From IMG/VR virus record IMGVR_UViG_3300042374_001628, positions 1-64,000 of that record: a stretch of DNA of 64,000 nucleotides. One strand, 5' to 3'. The translations under genes were made by a program, and so were the position numbers. Shown piece by piece: positions 47,823 through 58,545 of this stretch. The notes below the pieces were generated by a model, which ran no database searches, was not told the DNA's origin, and worked only from the letters and a program-made list of their open reading frames with translations. The stretch's first letter is position 1. Each line of letters starts with the position of its first letter. Source of the stretch: an uncultured virus (IMG/VR IMGVR_UViG_3300042374_001628) (Duplodnaviria > Heunggongvirae > Uroviricota > Caudoviricetes).

Positions 47823-49258
47823 TATTCAATATATGGAGAAACGCTAAAATTTGTGAAATTTAAGTTTGCAGTGAAAATAACATCATGAACGCCATCCAGA
47901 CCATCCCCAGGATCATTTCCAGAATATCCACTTGCCCATACATACAATCTTTCATCGTTTCCTCCGCTCAAAAAAATGTTATATTTATTTGTGCCACCAA
48001 AAAGATCTGATTCGTCTTTTATATCAATTTGTAAATTTGTTGCACGTTGAGCCATGAAATATTTTTTACCATATATTCCAAAATTTTTTGCATCAAAACT
48101 TGCATCAAAATCTGTAATATCATACCTAACGGCCATATAATTTATCTCGCCAAATAAAATTGTTCCCGTTTGAAGAAAAATTCCAGAATATGAAGTTTTT
48201 GGAACTTTCAAGGTTTTCATAATTTCCTTTCCAGATAAGAAAGCTTTCATATGCATATTTGTAGTAAATGTATTATCTACAGACCCACCAAAAGCAACAG
48301 CATATGGGTGTTTAAATGTTTGATTGTTAAAAATTCCATTTATTAATGAAGACCCTGTTACATTAACAAAATTACTTCCAGTATTATTTACAAAAGTCGA
48401 AAAACTATTTTGTAAATATCTAGAATCAACTGAATTAAAAGTATTTATGCCAGTATTTCCCTGCAACCTATTGCGATCTCCATCAATTAAACATGATGTA
48501 TTTTGATTAATTATATTCTCGTTGCCAATATAATTAATATTTAAATTATTACCTGCAAAAAACTGATTAACGCCCCAGCCTCTACCCGTATATCCAACAA
48601 AAATACTGTTTAATCCAGTAACGGTGTTTAGATTAATATCTGAAGTTCCAATCAAAGAAACTGGATTTCCTTGAAGTCCATTTATTGAATTTACCCCAGA
48701 AAATGCTGCTTGACCTGCATCAATAAAAATTGATTGGCCTGTAACAGTAACTTGAGCGCCATTTCTGCCAATTAAAGATATGTTACCAGTGGCATTGTTT
48801 AATTTTCCTATACCAGAATTACGAATTGTTAATAAAGTTTTATTAGAATTATATACTGTTTCTATACTATTTGCCCCAGTAATAGAAATCCCACTAATGG
48901 CCAATGTGGATAAATTAATTGGCCAAACATCAACATTTCCATATCCAGAAATATTCTGAAAGCTAAATCCTCCTCCAGCACCGCCAGAAGATCCAATATA
49001 AATTGTGTTTCCGCTTACTCTCGTATAAATTCCGCTTACTCCAGTGACAGAAACATTTCCAGCCAATCCGCCCAAAGATTGAACAAAATTTCCATTTTCG
49101 CCATTTAGTGCGAAAAATAACGTATTTCCAATAGGAACAGATTTTAATCCAGAAACTCCACTTAAATTGCTATAATTTGGATATAAAGGATCTCCGTATG
49201 TTTTAACTAAGCCAGAAATATCTGGGTGAAGTTGTGAAGCGCGAATTAATGTTCTCAT
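47822..49258 (-). CDS. Putative fibre protein
   Basis: [40 protein letters not shown] fibre repeats; about 25 SG/TG. Confidence 0.6.
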   Translation of the reverse strand: MRTLIRASQLHPDISGLVKTYGDPLYPNYSNLSGVSGLKSVPIGNTLFFALNGENGNFVQSLGGLAGNVSVTGVSGIYTRVSGNTIYIGSSGGAGGGFSFQNISGYGNVDVWPINLSTLAISGISITGANSIETVYNSNKTLLTIRNSGIGKLNNATGNISLIGRNGAQVTVTGQSIFIDAGQAAFSGVNSINGLQGNPVSLIGTSDINLNTVTGLNSIFVGYTGRGWGVNQFFAGNNLNINYIGNENIINQNTSCLIDGDRNRLQGNTGINTFNSVDSRYLQNSFSTFVNNTGSNFVNVTGSSLINGIFNNQTFKHPYAVAFGGSVDNTFTTNMHMKAFLSGKEIMKTLKVPKTSYSGIFLQTGTILFGEINYMAVRYDITDFDASFDAKNFGIYGKKYFMAQRATNLQIDIKDESDLFGGTNKYNIFLSGGNDERLYVWASGYSGNDPGDGLDGVHDVIFTANLNFTNFSVSPYIE

Positions 49259-51150
49259 TTTTTAGCGTGATAAAGAATTGCAGCTTCGTCTTGTCCAATT
49301 TCGTGATGTGCAGCAATATCAAAAATTTCTTTTGAAATATTATTTTTTGTCACATCTTGAACTGGATTTTCAATATATTGATTGGCTTTATTTTTCCATT
49401 CAGATTTTTCTTCTGAAGAAATAATTATATTAGCTATATCAGAAGATATTTTTTTCTGTGATTGGTTTAATTTTTTAATTTTATATTTCTTCTTTAGCGT
49501 TTCAGAAATTAAATTTTCTAATTCATCTTTTTCTTTTAATACAGAGGCGATAAGAGTAGTACTAAATTTGTAAGACGCAACAGATCTCTGACCAGCTGGA
49601 GTAATTTTTTGCGTTGTTTGTTTTGTCGATATACCCGATGGCCTTCCAGATTGTTCTACGCCCTGCTTTGGATTTAATAATGGTGCATAAAATCCTTGCT
49701 CTTTTTCTGAAATCATTTCCTTTTGAGACTCTTCAAGCTCGTAAGGCTCTGGCAATACATTAGTATTAATTGCAGATATTGCATCTTTTGGGGAAATTGC
49801 TCCAAGCTCAAGAAGTCTAGTATATACCCTAGAAAGCACAGCCGAATCATTTCTAAAATTATGTGTTTTCCATTTTGGAACAGGAACAGACTTAAAATTC
49901 ATAGTTTTTGCTATATCACGAATTTGTGGCTCTAAAAATTTATTCATGAATTCGTGTCTTGCAAATTCAAGTCTTTTAAAGAAAGCATCCATTTTGGCGC
50001 TAGCATTTGCATATTTATCATCGCCAAAAATAATATTATTTAAGCCAAGTCGAATATCTCTATCTACAATTTCGTATTTTTTTGGATCAAGAATATCGCC
50101 AATTTGTGGAATTACGAATTGTGCTTTTGTTGTATAATCCGCTATTAAAACTCTTCCAACGCTACCATTTTCAAAAATTTTACGAAGCACTTCCTGGCTT
50201 TTTTGGCTTGGTGGCCCAAGCTGTTCATCGCCTTGAGTAATTAATAATACAGCTTGTTGAATTGTTCTAGAAATAGCCATATCAACCTTTTTAAGCTCAA
50301 GCTTCCAGTTTATATCCTCTAATACAGGGAATCCCATCGGAACAGCCAATGGCTCATAATCCTGCTTTTTATAAAAAATACTAACAAGACGCTCAGAGTC
50401 CAAAGAAATTTCCAAAGACTGATTTCCATTTTTTATATTTCTAAGCTCTGGTATTGTAGATGCTATTTTCTTATCTTCTTCATTGCTTGGTCTTAATAGG
50501 GCACCAATCTCAAAAGAATTTAGTCTTTTTCTATATATTGGCGCAGTAAAGCTAGAAGAAGCTAATACTTGTATATCATATGGATTTAATATAATATATT
50601 TAAGTGGCACCTTCAATGCAGCTTCCGCAATATTCATTTGTTGAAGTTTTCGCAAACTTTCTCTTGGAAATTCTCCAAATAGTTTATATACAAAAACATT
50701 TCCACTACGAAAATATTCTCGAAAAAACATATCGGTTAACTGCCACAAATTAATTTTTTCAGCCCAAATATTAAAAAAGTTTCTTGACTCTTTGTTTCCG
50801 CCAGAAAATGTAATTTCTGAGATTGCAAATTCTGTCATTAAGTCAATTGTGTTTCTAAAAATTGGCACATTCCAATATGCCTTTTGACACAATAAAATAG
50901 TATCTTGCAATGAGATATTTGTAGCATATCTACTGCTATTTTTTTCATATAAAAATGGAGCAACGCCAGCTTCAAGATTAGCAAATCTTTGAATTCTGGT
51001 TATGCTACCAGCAGAATTTGACCTTGAGCCTCTCTCTGGAGTCGTATCGCAAGAGCCAATTAGCTTATCATAATCATCCAAGCTAGCTGTTAATGGCTCC
51101 GAAATCTCCCTTTTGCTCTTTTTAGACCTTGTACCTTTTTTAGATATCAT
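49255..51150 (-). CDS. Portal protein
   Basis: 631 aa directly after Ter[42 protein letters not shown] segment. Confidence 0.8.
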   Translation of the reverse strand: MISKKGTRSKKSKREISEPLTASLDDYDKLIGSCDTTPERGSRSNSAGSITRIQRFANLEAGVAPFLYEKNSSRYATNISLQDTILLCQKAYWNVPIFRNTIDLMTEFAISEITFSGGNKESRNFFNIWAEKINLWQLTDMFFREYFRSGNVFVYKLFGEFPRESLRKLQQMNIAEAALKVPLKYIILNPYDIQVLASSSFTAPIYRKRLNSFEIGALLRPSNEEDKKIASTIPELRNIKNGNQSLEISLDSERLVSIFYKKQDYEPLAVPMGFPVLEDINWKLELKKVDMAISRTIQQAVLLITQGDEQLGPPSQKSQEVLRKIFENGSVGRVLIADYTTKAQFVIPQIGDILDPKKYEIVDRDIRLGLNNIIFGDDKYANASAKMDAFFKRLEFARHEFMNKFLEPQIRDIAKTMNFKSVPVPKWKTHNFRNDSAVLSRVYTRLLELGAISPKDAISAINTNVLPEPYELEESQKEMISEKEQGFYAPLLNPKQGVEQSGRPSGISTKQTTQKITPAGQRSVASYKFSTTLIASVLKEKDELENLISETLKKKYKIKKLNQSQKKISSDIANIIISSEEKSEWKNKANQYIENPVQDVTKNNISKEIFDIAAHHEIGQDEAAILYHAKK

Positions 51151-51162
51151 ATGCAGTTATTT

Positions 51163-51168
51163 ATTACA
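51163..51168 (-). promoter_or_regulatory. TGTAAT putative late promoter (portal)
   Basis: Intergenic, 12 nt before the ATG. Confidence 0.55.
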
Positions 51169-51206
51169 GTAATGTATTCTGAAATTCATTTTATTTAAAA
51201 ATTAAA

Positions 51207-53111
51207 TTAAATTAGAGTTGGTATAAACTGTTCTCTTTTAATTTGAACATGGGTTTTGATTAATTCAAAATAACACTTTACGCCCCAGTTTCCTAATAAT
51301 AGGGTGCTATAGTTATCTTTTCTAGGTTTATTATTTGCCGTTGAAGTTCTGGCCGATCTTGGAAGGTCAAAGCTTTGATGACCTCTGGAGGTTGATGTTA
51401 CCTCAATATTTGCACACTGTTCTTTTGTTGAAATAATAATATCATCCTGAAGTTCAATAAATTCTCTTATTGATAATTTTCTATTATCTTCTTTAGAGTC
51501 GCCCTCTATAACGCCAGATCCATGAGGAAATACTAATTTTAATGGAATTCTTAAATTAAACATATAAGACATATATTCTGGATGATTGCTCGCGCGAGAA
51601 GCAAACCATATTTTTTTATGATCAATGCATGACTGCAAATAAGAATTAGATCTCATAATCCAATCCGTGCTTGGCGTTTGTCTAATGCACATGCATCCCA
51701 TGTCTGGACTATATTGTTTTTTTGCTTTAATAAGCATATCCACTTGATCCTGACCATCTTTAGTAGAATCCCATTCTGTTATATATGTTATTTTCTTATT
51801 TGCACCTTTAAACAATTCGCTTTCATTGCATGCATCAATTATTGTATCTATGTTTGAAGAGTCTGCTATAATTAAAACCGTATTAAAATGCGTTAATACA
51901 TAATAGATATATTTTATGTGGTCCTGTAAATCTGCGCCAATTCTTTGATAGCCATGTACCAAAACCCCTTCTTCTTTTTCTTCATCAATCTCTATAACCG
52001 ACATTGCAAAAAAGTCTGATGATGCACTTTTTGAATAATTTGGGTCAATTGATAATATATATTTTTTTAAAGGATCACCAGTAACTTTAGAATGTGGATA
52101 TTCACCATCTGGAATGGTACATTCATTCATTTTACGCATGGAAAAATATCCATCGCCACCATCACGAAATTGTGCGCCATATTCGCGTTGAAATGAATCT
52201 TCTGATATACTTGCTCTTTGTGACTGAATAAACTCTCGGTTTAATATGGTTGCTGGTATAGCTTCCCATCCCATTTGTGATATAAAATAAGTTGGCCTTT
52301 CCTCTTCCTTATTATTCATCGTCAAAATATCTGGACGTTCTACAAAATCATTCCAGTCAGAGTACATTTTATATAAATGCTGAAATTGATAAGATGCAGA
52401 TGACAAGCAAATCATTTGCGCGGCATTTTCAAAAATCATTTTATTATTAGGATGTAATGTGCCAGCTTTAATTAGCTCGTCCTCTAATTTTCTAACTTTA
52501 ATTCTAAACGCAGCATCTCTTGGTGAAGACAGGAATGGTGCTAATACATCATTAATCATCTGTGGAGATAATAGCAAAACCTCATCAAGGATAAGAACGT
52601 CACAGCGCATACCTCGCGTATCTTCAGAAAGTGGAATGGCGCATATATATCCACCATTAACGTCCCATTGAAATTTATCGTTTCTTAAATATGGTTTTTT
52701 GTCAAAGCATGATCTTGCAAGCTGAGCTTCTTCTGTGTTTAATAGCCTTACAATTTCTTCAAAAATTCTACGGCTTGTTCTAAAATTCGCTGAAGCAATA
52801 ACAATTCTAGTACCAGGCTCAAATATGCATTTTAATATACAATACCAACCAGCTAAAGTAGATTTCCCACCACCACGACTAAAAATAAGCATGCAATTAT
52901 TCTTTTCAAACATTGCATTTATATGCATAACCTGCATAGGCTCCATATTAATACCAAGAATTAATTGTGATGTAAATCCAATATTATGGCGCAAAAATTT
53001 TGCTAAAGTTATTTTAGCCGTTCTATCATCAAGCTCTCCATGAAGATTTAGCAGTTCTTTATTTACATCTGCTATATCTTTTACTGGTTGATTTCCTGCC
53101 CAAATTGCCAT
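51207..53111 (-). CDS. terL: Terminase large subunit
   Basis: Walker A SRGGGKS, Walker B VLILDE, motif III LSSA, FQREYGAQF, RNase H-like LSIDP and KDNYS. Confidence 0.92.
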   Translation of the reverse strand: MAIWAGNQPVKDIADVNKELLNLHGELDDRTAKITLAKFLRHNIGFTSQLILGINMEPMQVMHINAMFEKNNCMLIFSRGGGKSTLAGWYCILKCIFEPGTRIVIASANFRTSRRIFEEIVRLLNTEEAQLARSCFDKKPYLRNDKFQWDVNGGYICAIPLSEDTRGMRCDVLILDEVLLLSPQMINDVLAPFLSSPRDAAFRIKVRKLEDELIKAGTLHPNNKMIFENAAQMICLSSASYQFQHLYKMYSDWNDFVERPDILTMNNKEEERPTYFISQMGWEAIPATILNREFIQSQRASISEDSFQREYGAQFRDGGDGYFSMRKMNECTIPDGEYPHSKVTGDPLKKYILSIDPNYSKSASSDFFAMSVIEIDEEKEEGVLVHGYQRIGADLQDHIKYIYYVLTHFNTVLIIADSSNIDTIIDACNESELFKGANKKITYITEWDSTKDGQDQVDMLIKAKKQYSPDMGCMCIRQTPSTDWIMRSNSYLQSCIDHKKIWFASRASNHPEYMSYMFNLRIPLKLVFPHGSGVIEGDSKEDNRKLSIREFIELQDDIIISTKEQCANIEVTSTSRGHQSFDLPRSARTSTANNKPRKDNYSTLLLGNWGVKCYFELIKTHVQIKREQFIPTLI

Positions 53112-53112
53112 A

Positions 53113-54033
53113 CTATATTATTTCTTTTTCAATGCAATATTGCAAATCTATTTTTTTAACTTCATCACCAAGGCCTAAAATTTTTAAAATTAAATCAGTC
53201 ATATGCTTTCTGCCATCACAATATACAATTTGAAAACATTCATATTTTTTATATAAATCTCTAACCCGATGAAATATATACTCTGGGCTTGTTGCAAACC
53301 ACCGTTTTTTATTATAGGCCAAAGAGCTATATGATGCTTCGACCATTATAATAATATATCCATTATTATTTTGCGCTCTTAACAGTTCCCTTTCAAACCT
53401 TTCAAGGTTGGCACCAAAAGTTCCAAAAAAATCACTGAAACTTTTACGCTCAATAACAATTCTTGAAGCTGGAGATAATGCATAGTCGCCATAATCAAGC
53501 GCAACATTTACTTTTCTCAAATCTTTTGCAAATTTTAAAGGTCTTTTTTCGCGGGTGTCAATTACTATTTGCTTTGCAGGTTTTGAATTAGTAGCTCGTA
53601 TATCTAAATTATAATAATCATATTTAGACTCTTTATTGCTTTTGATACATATTTCATTATAGTTAGCCGAGCATAATTTTTCTATAAACCTAATTGATGG
53701 TAAACAGCTTACTGTTTGTACAAAAAATTCTGGTGGTGCATTTTTTAAATTTTTAATATCACAGTATTTTTTAATTTTTCCAGATATATAATCTAAAGCT
53801 TTTTCTTTACCAACTTTAGCAAGCCAAGATTTCATAGAAATTTTATCTTCAAAATCTGAAAGAAAATACTGCTCTACTGATTTGAAATGTATTTTTTTCT
53901 TGTTTGATAGGTCATGTCTGGGATAAAATTGTTCGAAATATCTTTTTTGAGATATCTTGTGTTGCTTTAAATGTTTTGAAAGCTCTATCACGCCACTAAA
54001 TTTTTTAGTGCAAAATTCACATTTAAGTTCCAT
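53113..54033 (-). CDS. C2H2 zinc finger + ERCC4 (XPF/Mus81-type) nuclease
   Basis: CEFC...HLKQH; IVIDTREK, GDYAL, IVIERKSFSDF. Confidence 0.85.
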   Translation of the reverse strand: MELKCEFCTKKFSGVIELSKHLKQHKISQKRYFEQFYPRHDLSNKKKIHFKSVEQYFLSDFEDKISMKSWLAKVGKEKALDYISGKIKKYCDIKNLKNAPPEFFVQTVSCLPSIRFIEKLCSANYNEICIKSNKESKYDYYNLDIRATNSKPAKQIVIDTREKRPLKFAKDLRKVNVALDYGDYALSPASRIVIERKSFSDFFGTFGANLERFERELLRAQNNNGYIIIMVEASYSSLAYNKKRWFATSPEYIFHRVRDLYKKYECFQIVYCDGRKHMTDLILKILGLGDEVKKIDLQYCIEKEII

Positions 54034-54034
54034 A

Positions 54035-55147
54035 TTAACCCACCAATTCTTCTATTGTTGCTCCGCGAAGAAGAGCTTTTATTTCACTCATTGAATTAAT
54101 ACGACCAGCCTCCTCTTTTATTTTCATTTTTTCTAGATCAGCTAGGTGTATTGTTTTTTTTCTAAACTCTTCATCTTTCCAAGCTTGTACTAAATTTATA
54201 AGCTTTTCAAATCCATCGCTTTTTTCTTCTAAGCGTTTATTTCTTTTTGTTGTTAAATCGTTATATAATTTTGTTTTAATATTTTCGCATGAATTAAGCT
54301 CAGTCTGCAGTACATTTATAGCCTCGTTCATTTTCATAGAAATTTCTCCTGCGGCCATGGTTGCGCGCAGAGATTCTATTCGCCTTTGAATTTCAGCCGC
54401 TCTTACAATTTGATTGCACAAAGTAATAAATTGATCCAAATCTTCCTGTGTTAAATCTGGCTTATCATGAGTATATCGAATAAAAGCATCTTCAAAAAGA
54501 TCTCGATCTCCTTGAATTTTATAAGTATTAATTTGATATATGAAGCGAAATATATTTAAATATTTTTTAAGCTGCTGCATTTCAAAAAGCTGTTGTTTTT
54601 TTAATACCTCTTCGTTATATCCATAATTTAAATATTTATTTACGCGTTCAATTGTTTGTTTTAAAGTTTTTGGTGGTTTATATTCAGAATCTATTAACTC
54701 TTCTGGATTATAATTAATATTAACAATTTCTAGTTCGTCTTTTGGCTGCGGTATATTATCTCTTTTAATAGTATCTTTAATTTCTTCAATTTTTGCATTA
54801 ATTGTTCTATACTCTTGACTTAAATTGGTAAGAGCATCATTATTAAAAAGTTCTTTTGCTATCTCTAGCGCGCTTTTAACTCTAAAATTATTTTGTATAT
54901 AAATAACCTGCTCTTCTGTTAAATCAATAAATCCTTTTAAAATAACCGTTCTTGTTTTAAATTTCAGCCCACTCTCTTTGCAGAAGGCTTTAATTGCCCT
55001 AGCTTCTTTTGTTTTTCCATCCAGAGCATCATTTTCAAAAACACTCTTGACAATGTTTGAAAGTTCAGGCTCCAAATCTACAGAAAAAAAATCAAGCACT
55101 TTCTTTTTGTGCTCTTCAGAAAGTTCAAAATTTACTGAATCAGACAT
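54035..55147 (-). CDS. Hypothetical coiled-coil protein in the packaging operon (small terminase candidate)
   Basis: 370 aa; HTH-like SALEIAKELF; function inferred from position only. Confidence 0.45.
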   Translation of the reverse strand: MSDSVNFELSEEHKKKVLDFFSVDLEPELSNIVKSVFENDALDGKTKEARAIKAFCKESGLKFKTRTVILKGFIDLTEEQVIYIQNNFRVKSALEIAKELFNNDALTNLSQEYRTINAKIEEIKDTIKRDNIPQPKDELEIVNINYNPEELIDSEYKPPKTLKQTIERVNKYLNYGYNEEVLKKQQLFEMQQLKKYLNIFRFIYQINTYKIQGDRDLFEDAFIRYTHDKPDLTQEDLDQFITLCNQIVRAAEIQRRIESLRATMAAGEISMKMNEAINVLQTELNSCENIKTKLYNDLTTKRNKRLEEKSDGFEKLINLVQAWKDEEFRKKTIHLADLEKMKIKEEAGRINSMSEIKALLRGATIEELVG

Positions 55148-55148
55148 A

Positions 55149-55832
55149 TTACATTATCATTTCTTTGACAATTTTCTTTGCTTTTATTACAATCTGCGCT
55201 CTTATTTTTTTAACAAATTTATATCCAGTTTTTGTAGATCCATTTTTATAACCAAGCATTGTTATAACTTCTGTTTCTGGATATCCATCTACAAATAAAT
55301 ATGTATAAACCTTTTGCTGAACTGGCGTTAAAGATTTTAACATTTCGCTATGAACTTTTGGAACAAACGATTCAAAATCAAAACCGCTGGAATCTGATGC
55401 GCGAGCATCAAACTCATTGCCCTCACCAAAAATTCTTTCATCATTTACGCTAACTGGCAACTTAACATCATAAGCATGTTTCTTTGTTTTCTCCCATTTT
55501 GCATAATCAGCACATTTAGAAGATTGAACATTATATAATTTACAATTATTTCCGCCAGCATTATGTGGACAATTTAAGCATGGTCGGGCATAGTTAGAGT
55601 AATTATTTCTAACAAGATTTATAATCTGATTTGTAATAACAGTATTTAGCCACGGAAGTAGCGCCATCTCTGGATTCCACTTTTCCCATTTTTTAAAAAT
55701 ATGCAGTCTTAACTTTTGCTCTACATCATTAAAATCCATCCATGCAATGGATGTTAATTTCCACTGAGAACGTCTTTTAGCTATCTCTTGATTTATTATA
55801 TCCAAGCAGGACTCGAAAGATGGGCGTTCCAT
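55149..55832 (-). CDS. Divergent sigma factor-like protein with a four-Cys insertion
   Basis: DVEQKLRLHIFKKW...LPWLNTVITNQIINLVR (region 2-like); CLNC...C...C; LTPVQQKVY...ETEVITMLG (region 4-like). Confidence 0.65.
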   Translation of the reverse strand: MERPSFESCLDIINQEIAKRRSQWKLTSIAWMDFNDVEQKLRLHIFKKWEKWNPEMALLPWLNTVITNQIINLVRNNYSNYARPCLNCPHNAGGNNCKLYNVQSSKCADYAKWEKTKKHAYDVKLPVSVNDERIFGEGNEFDARASDSSGFDFESFVPKVHSEMLKSLTPVQQKVYTYLFVDGYPETEVITMLGYKNGSTKTGYKFVKKIRAQIVIKAKKIVKEMIM

Positions 55833-55834
55833 AC

Positions 55835-56308
55835 TTATTCTTCGTTATCTATCATATCAATATTATTTTGATAATTTCGACCTGACATCTTAGCTTCAGA
55901 AACAAAACTTTCAGGTAGTGTTTTTGCTATTTTTTTTCTTCCACGCTTTTGCTTCGCTGATTGCTTTATAGATGTAGATTGTTTTTTCTGGCTTGGCTCA
56001 TCTGATACTAAATCGCCAAGCCTAATTCCGTTGCTTTGATTATTTTTTTCTATATTTACATCAAGGCCACGCATTGAACTATAATCACCAATAATTTCAG
56101 GATCAAATACTTCATCCACATGATCAACGCTATCCTTTTTATTTACAGCGATTGGATTTGTTATATTAACTTGAAATTGATTTGATTTAATAATACTTGT
56201 TTGCGGTGCCACAATAGAAAATGAAGACCCACAATGAGAACAAAATTTTGGTTTTTGAAATTGGTAAAGGTTTTTACCGCCACACTTTGGACAAAAATAA
56301 CTTAACAT
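55835..56308 (-). CDS. Zinc-ribbon protein
   Basis: FCPKCG...KPKFCSHCG. Confidence 0.7.
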   Translation of the reverse strand: MLSYFCPKCGGKNLYQFQKPKFCSHCGSSFSIVAPQTSIIKSNQFQVNITNPIAVNKKDSVDHVDEVFDPEIIGDYSSMRGLDVNIEKNNQSNGIRLGDLVSDEPSQKKQSTSIKQSAKQKRGRKKIAKTLPESFVSEAKMSGRNYQNNIDMIDNEE

Positions 56309-56375
56309 AATTAAAATAAATTTATTATGTATTATTCTACAAAATAATAGAATAAAAATCTAATTTTAATTTATT

Positions 56376-57227
56376 TTATAATTTTTGGCTTGGGCACCAG
56401 CTATCTTGATAAACTTGAGAAATGTTTGTGCTATGAGCTTTAGTTTTCTTTTCTTTTTCTTTTTCAGCTAATTTGATTGCATCTTCTTTTTTGCGCTCTG
56501 TTATTTTTTTAACCACAAATTTGCAAAGCTCAGATCTTAAAATATCATCCTCTGTAAATTGAAAATGATGGATTCCCATCCTTTTTGATTCTTCGCATGA
56601 GAATAATTCAACAATTTTATCAAAAGCACCCTGTTTATTAAATGGAAGATCTGACTGCGATGAATCTGCACATATAATCATTTTTGTAAATTTTCCAATT
56701 CTTGTAAGTAATGTGGCAAACTCTGATAATGTGGCGTTTTGCATTTCGTCCATAAGCACTACCCTTGCTGCAAAACTCAGTCCACGACAAAAGTTAATAG
56801 GCTGATTTGTAATTCTATTATCTGTTTTTAATCTTTTTATCTGATCAATTGGCAAAAGTTCTTCTAGCTTGTCAGCAAATGGCATCATATAGACATCATA
56901 TTTAGATTGCAGATCGCCAGGCAAATATCCAAGCTTTGAATCGGCACTTTCTACAGCCGCTCTAACACATATAATATCAGAGACCTTTTTATCATTTAAC
57001 ATTTGAAGTGCGGCCCTAACAGCAATTAATGTTTTGGATGAGCCAGCTGGTCCACTTACAAAAACAATTCTGGCTTCTTTATTATTAATTAAATTAAAAA
57101 ATTCTTTTTGCTTGCTAGTCCACTCCAACTCTCTTACTTTTAATTCAAAATCAATTTTGTCTCTTTGATATATTTTTGGACTTTTATCCTCAATACGTAC
57201 CTTTTTACTTCTTTTTTGATGTGACAT
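56376..57227 (-). CDS. phoH: PhoH-family ATPase
   Basis: GPAGSSKT, LGYLPGD, FCRGLSF, MDEMQN, LTRIG, QSDL, DILRS. Confidence 0.93.
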   Translation of the reverse strand: MSHQKRSKKVRIEDKSPKIYQRDKIDFELKVRELEWTSKQKEFFNLINNKEARIVFVSGPAGSSKTLIAVRAALQMLNDKKVSDIICVRAAVESADSKLGYLPGDLQSKYDVYMMPFADKLEELLPIDQIKRLKTDNRITNQPINFCRGLSFAARVVLMDEMQNATLSEFATLLTRIGKFTKMIICADSSQSDLPFNKQGAFDKIVELFSCEESKRMGIHHFQFTEDDILRSELCKFVVKKITERKKEDAIKLAEKEKEKKTKAHSTNISQVYQDSWCPSQKL

Positions 57228-57348
57228 ACGCTTAATAGCAATTACATTGTTTTAATTACAAATAATATCATTTTTCATTTAATTGAATAATTAATATTTA
57301 AATTTATAATATAGGTGTATCGCGCTATAAGATCTGTAATATTTACCA

Positions 57349-58545
57349 ATGCCAACAAATTTTCAACAGTCAAAAGATGTTCTTCACCCATTAGCGTTTG
57401 AATTTATAAATAAATGTAAAAATTTAAATGCCCAGCTCGATGCATCCGAAATAAATGCAATTGATTTTTTAACAAGGCAACTTTTACAAAACAATCTTTG
57501 GGATAAATTCAAAGCAATATACCCATTTGTTGGAAAAAGCTCACAAACACATTCTTTAAATTTAAAAAATTTACAGAGGCATACTATAGTGTGGTATAAT
57601 CAAAATGATTTAAAACACGATAAATTTGGAGTTACAAATAGCAATATTGGATATGGCAACACTATGGTTGCCCCAAGCTGGTTTAGTGATAATGATATAC
57701 ATATATCAGTATATAACTCGACGTATTGGCAAAACACAAATGATACCGCTCCAATAATAGGATCTTCACCCGCAAGTGACCCGACTAAGGGATGGATGCA
57801 TACAATTTACTTAAGGTCATTAGCTCCTATTTTAAATTCACAAATAAATACATTATGGGACAGGGCACCAATCTTCACCTATTCCTGTGGTTATTCATCC
57901 AATTCATCAGTGAGATTTGCAGGAACAGATGGTTCAGAGTTTCAACATGTAGAAACGTATGGTTTTATTGTTGGTGTAAATGGCATAAAATGCTATGTGA
58001 ATGGAAATTTATATGGAAGACAGGGGGTAATTAACGATGTCTCAACGCAACCAATAAATCAAGTATCAACCAGAACTGTAAATGGAAATACCGCTCAAAT
58101 ACCAAACATATCTCAATTTCCATTCTTGTTATTCACAAATGGCAGATTCACGTCTACTAATGGACAAGCAAGGGCAAATATAAGATTTGCAAGTATTGGA
58201 TATGAATTAACAGATCAAGAGAATAAAGTTTTATATAATATTATTCAAGAGTTCCAAAAAATACTTGGAAGAAGTGTTGAGCCAATAATATTAAAAACAT
58301 TCCAGCAAAATCTTATAGACCAATATTTAACATTAAATATTAAAATAAATAAAATTTTTATACAACCAACAAAGCCATATCGTGAATATTTAAATATTGA
58401 AATGCCACCAAAACAACAAAAGAAAATAAATGCGCTTTCAGCAAGCGTAGATATTTCAAGAATCGAAGTTTTCGGCCCAGTGCGGGTATTTTGCGCAGAT
58501 ACTTCAAAAACAACCGTATCAATACAGTCTTTAGTAGAATTATAA
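57349..58545 (+). CDS. Putative virion protein, paralog of 61698..62564
   Basis: LWDKFKAIYPFVG...HSLNL; RANIRFASIGYEL...IIQEFQ; TGTAAT at 57335-57340. Confidence 0.6.
   Translation: MPTNFQQSKDVLHPLAFEFINKCKNLNAQLDASEINAIDFLTRQLLQNNLWDKFKAIYPFVGKSSQTHSLNLKNLQRHTIVWYNQNDLKHDKFGVTNSNIGYGNTMVAPSWFSDNDIHISVYNSTYWQNTNDTAPIIGSSPASDPTKGWMHTIYLRSLAPILNSQINTLWDRAPIFTYSCGYSSNSSVRFAGTDGSEFQHVETYGFIVGVNGIKCYVNGNLYGRQGVINDVSTQPINQVSTRTVNGNTAQIPNISQFPFLLFTNGRFTSTNGQARANIRFASIGYELTDQENKVLYNIIQEFQKILGRSVEPIILKTFQQNLIDQYLTLNIKINKIFIQPTKPYREYLNIEMPPKQQKKINALSASVDISRIEVFGPVRVFCADTSKTTVSIQSLVEL

Noticed and set aside
4429..53111. Inteins or introns in RNR or terminase
   Set aside because: Both ORFs are uninterrupted, of ordinary length, and show no splice-junction or homing-endonuclease motifs
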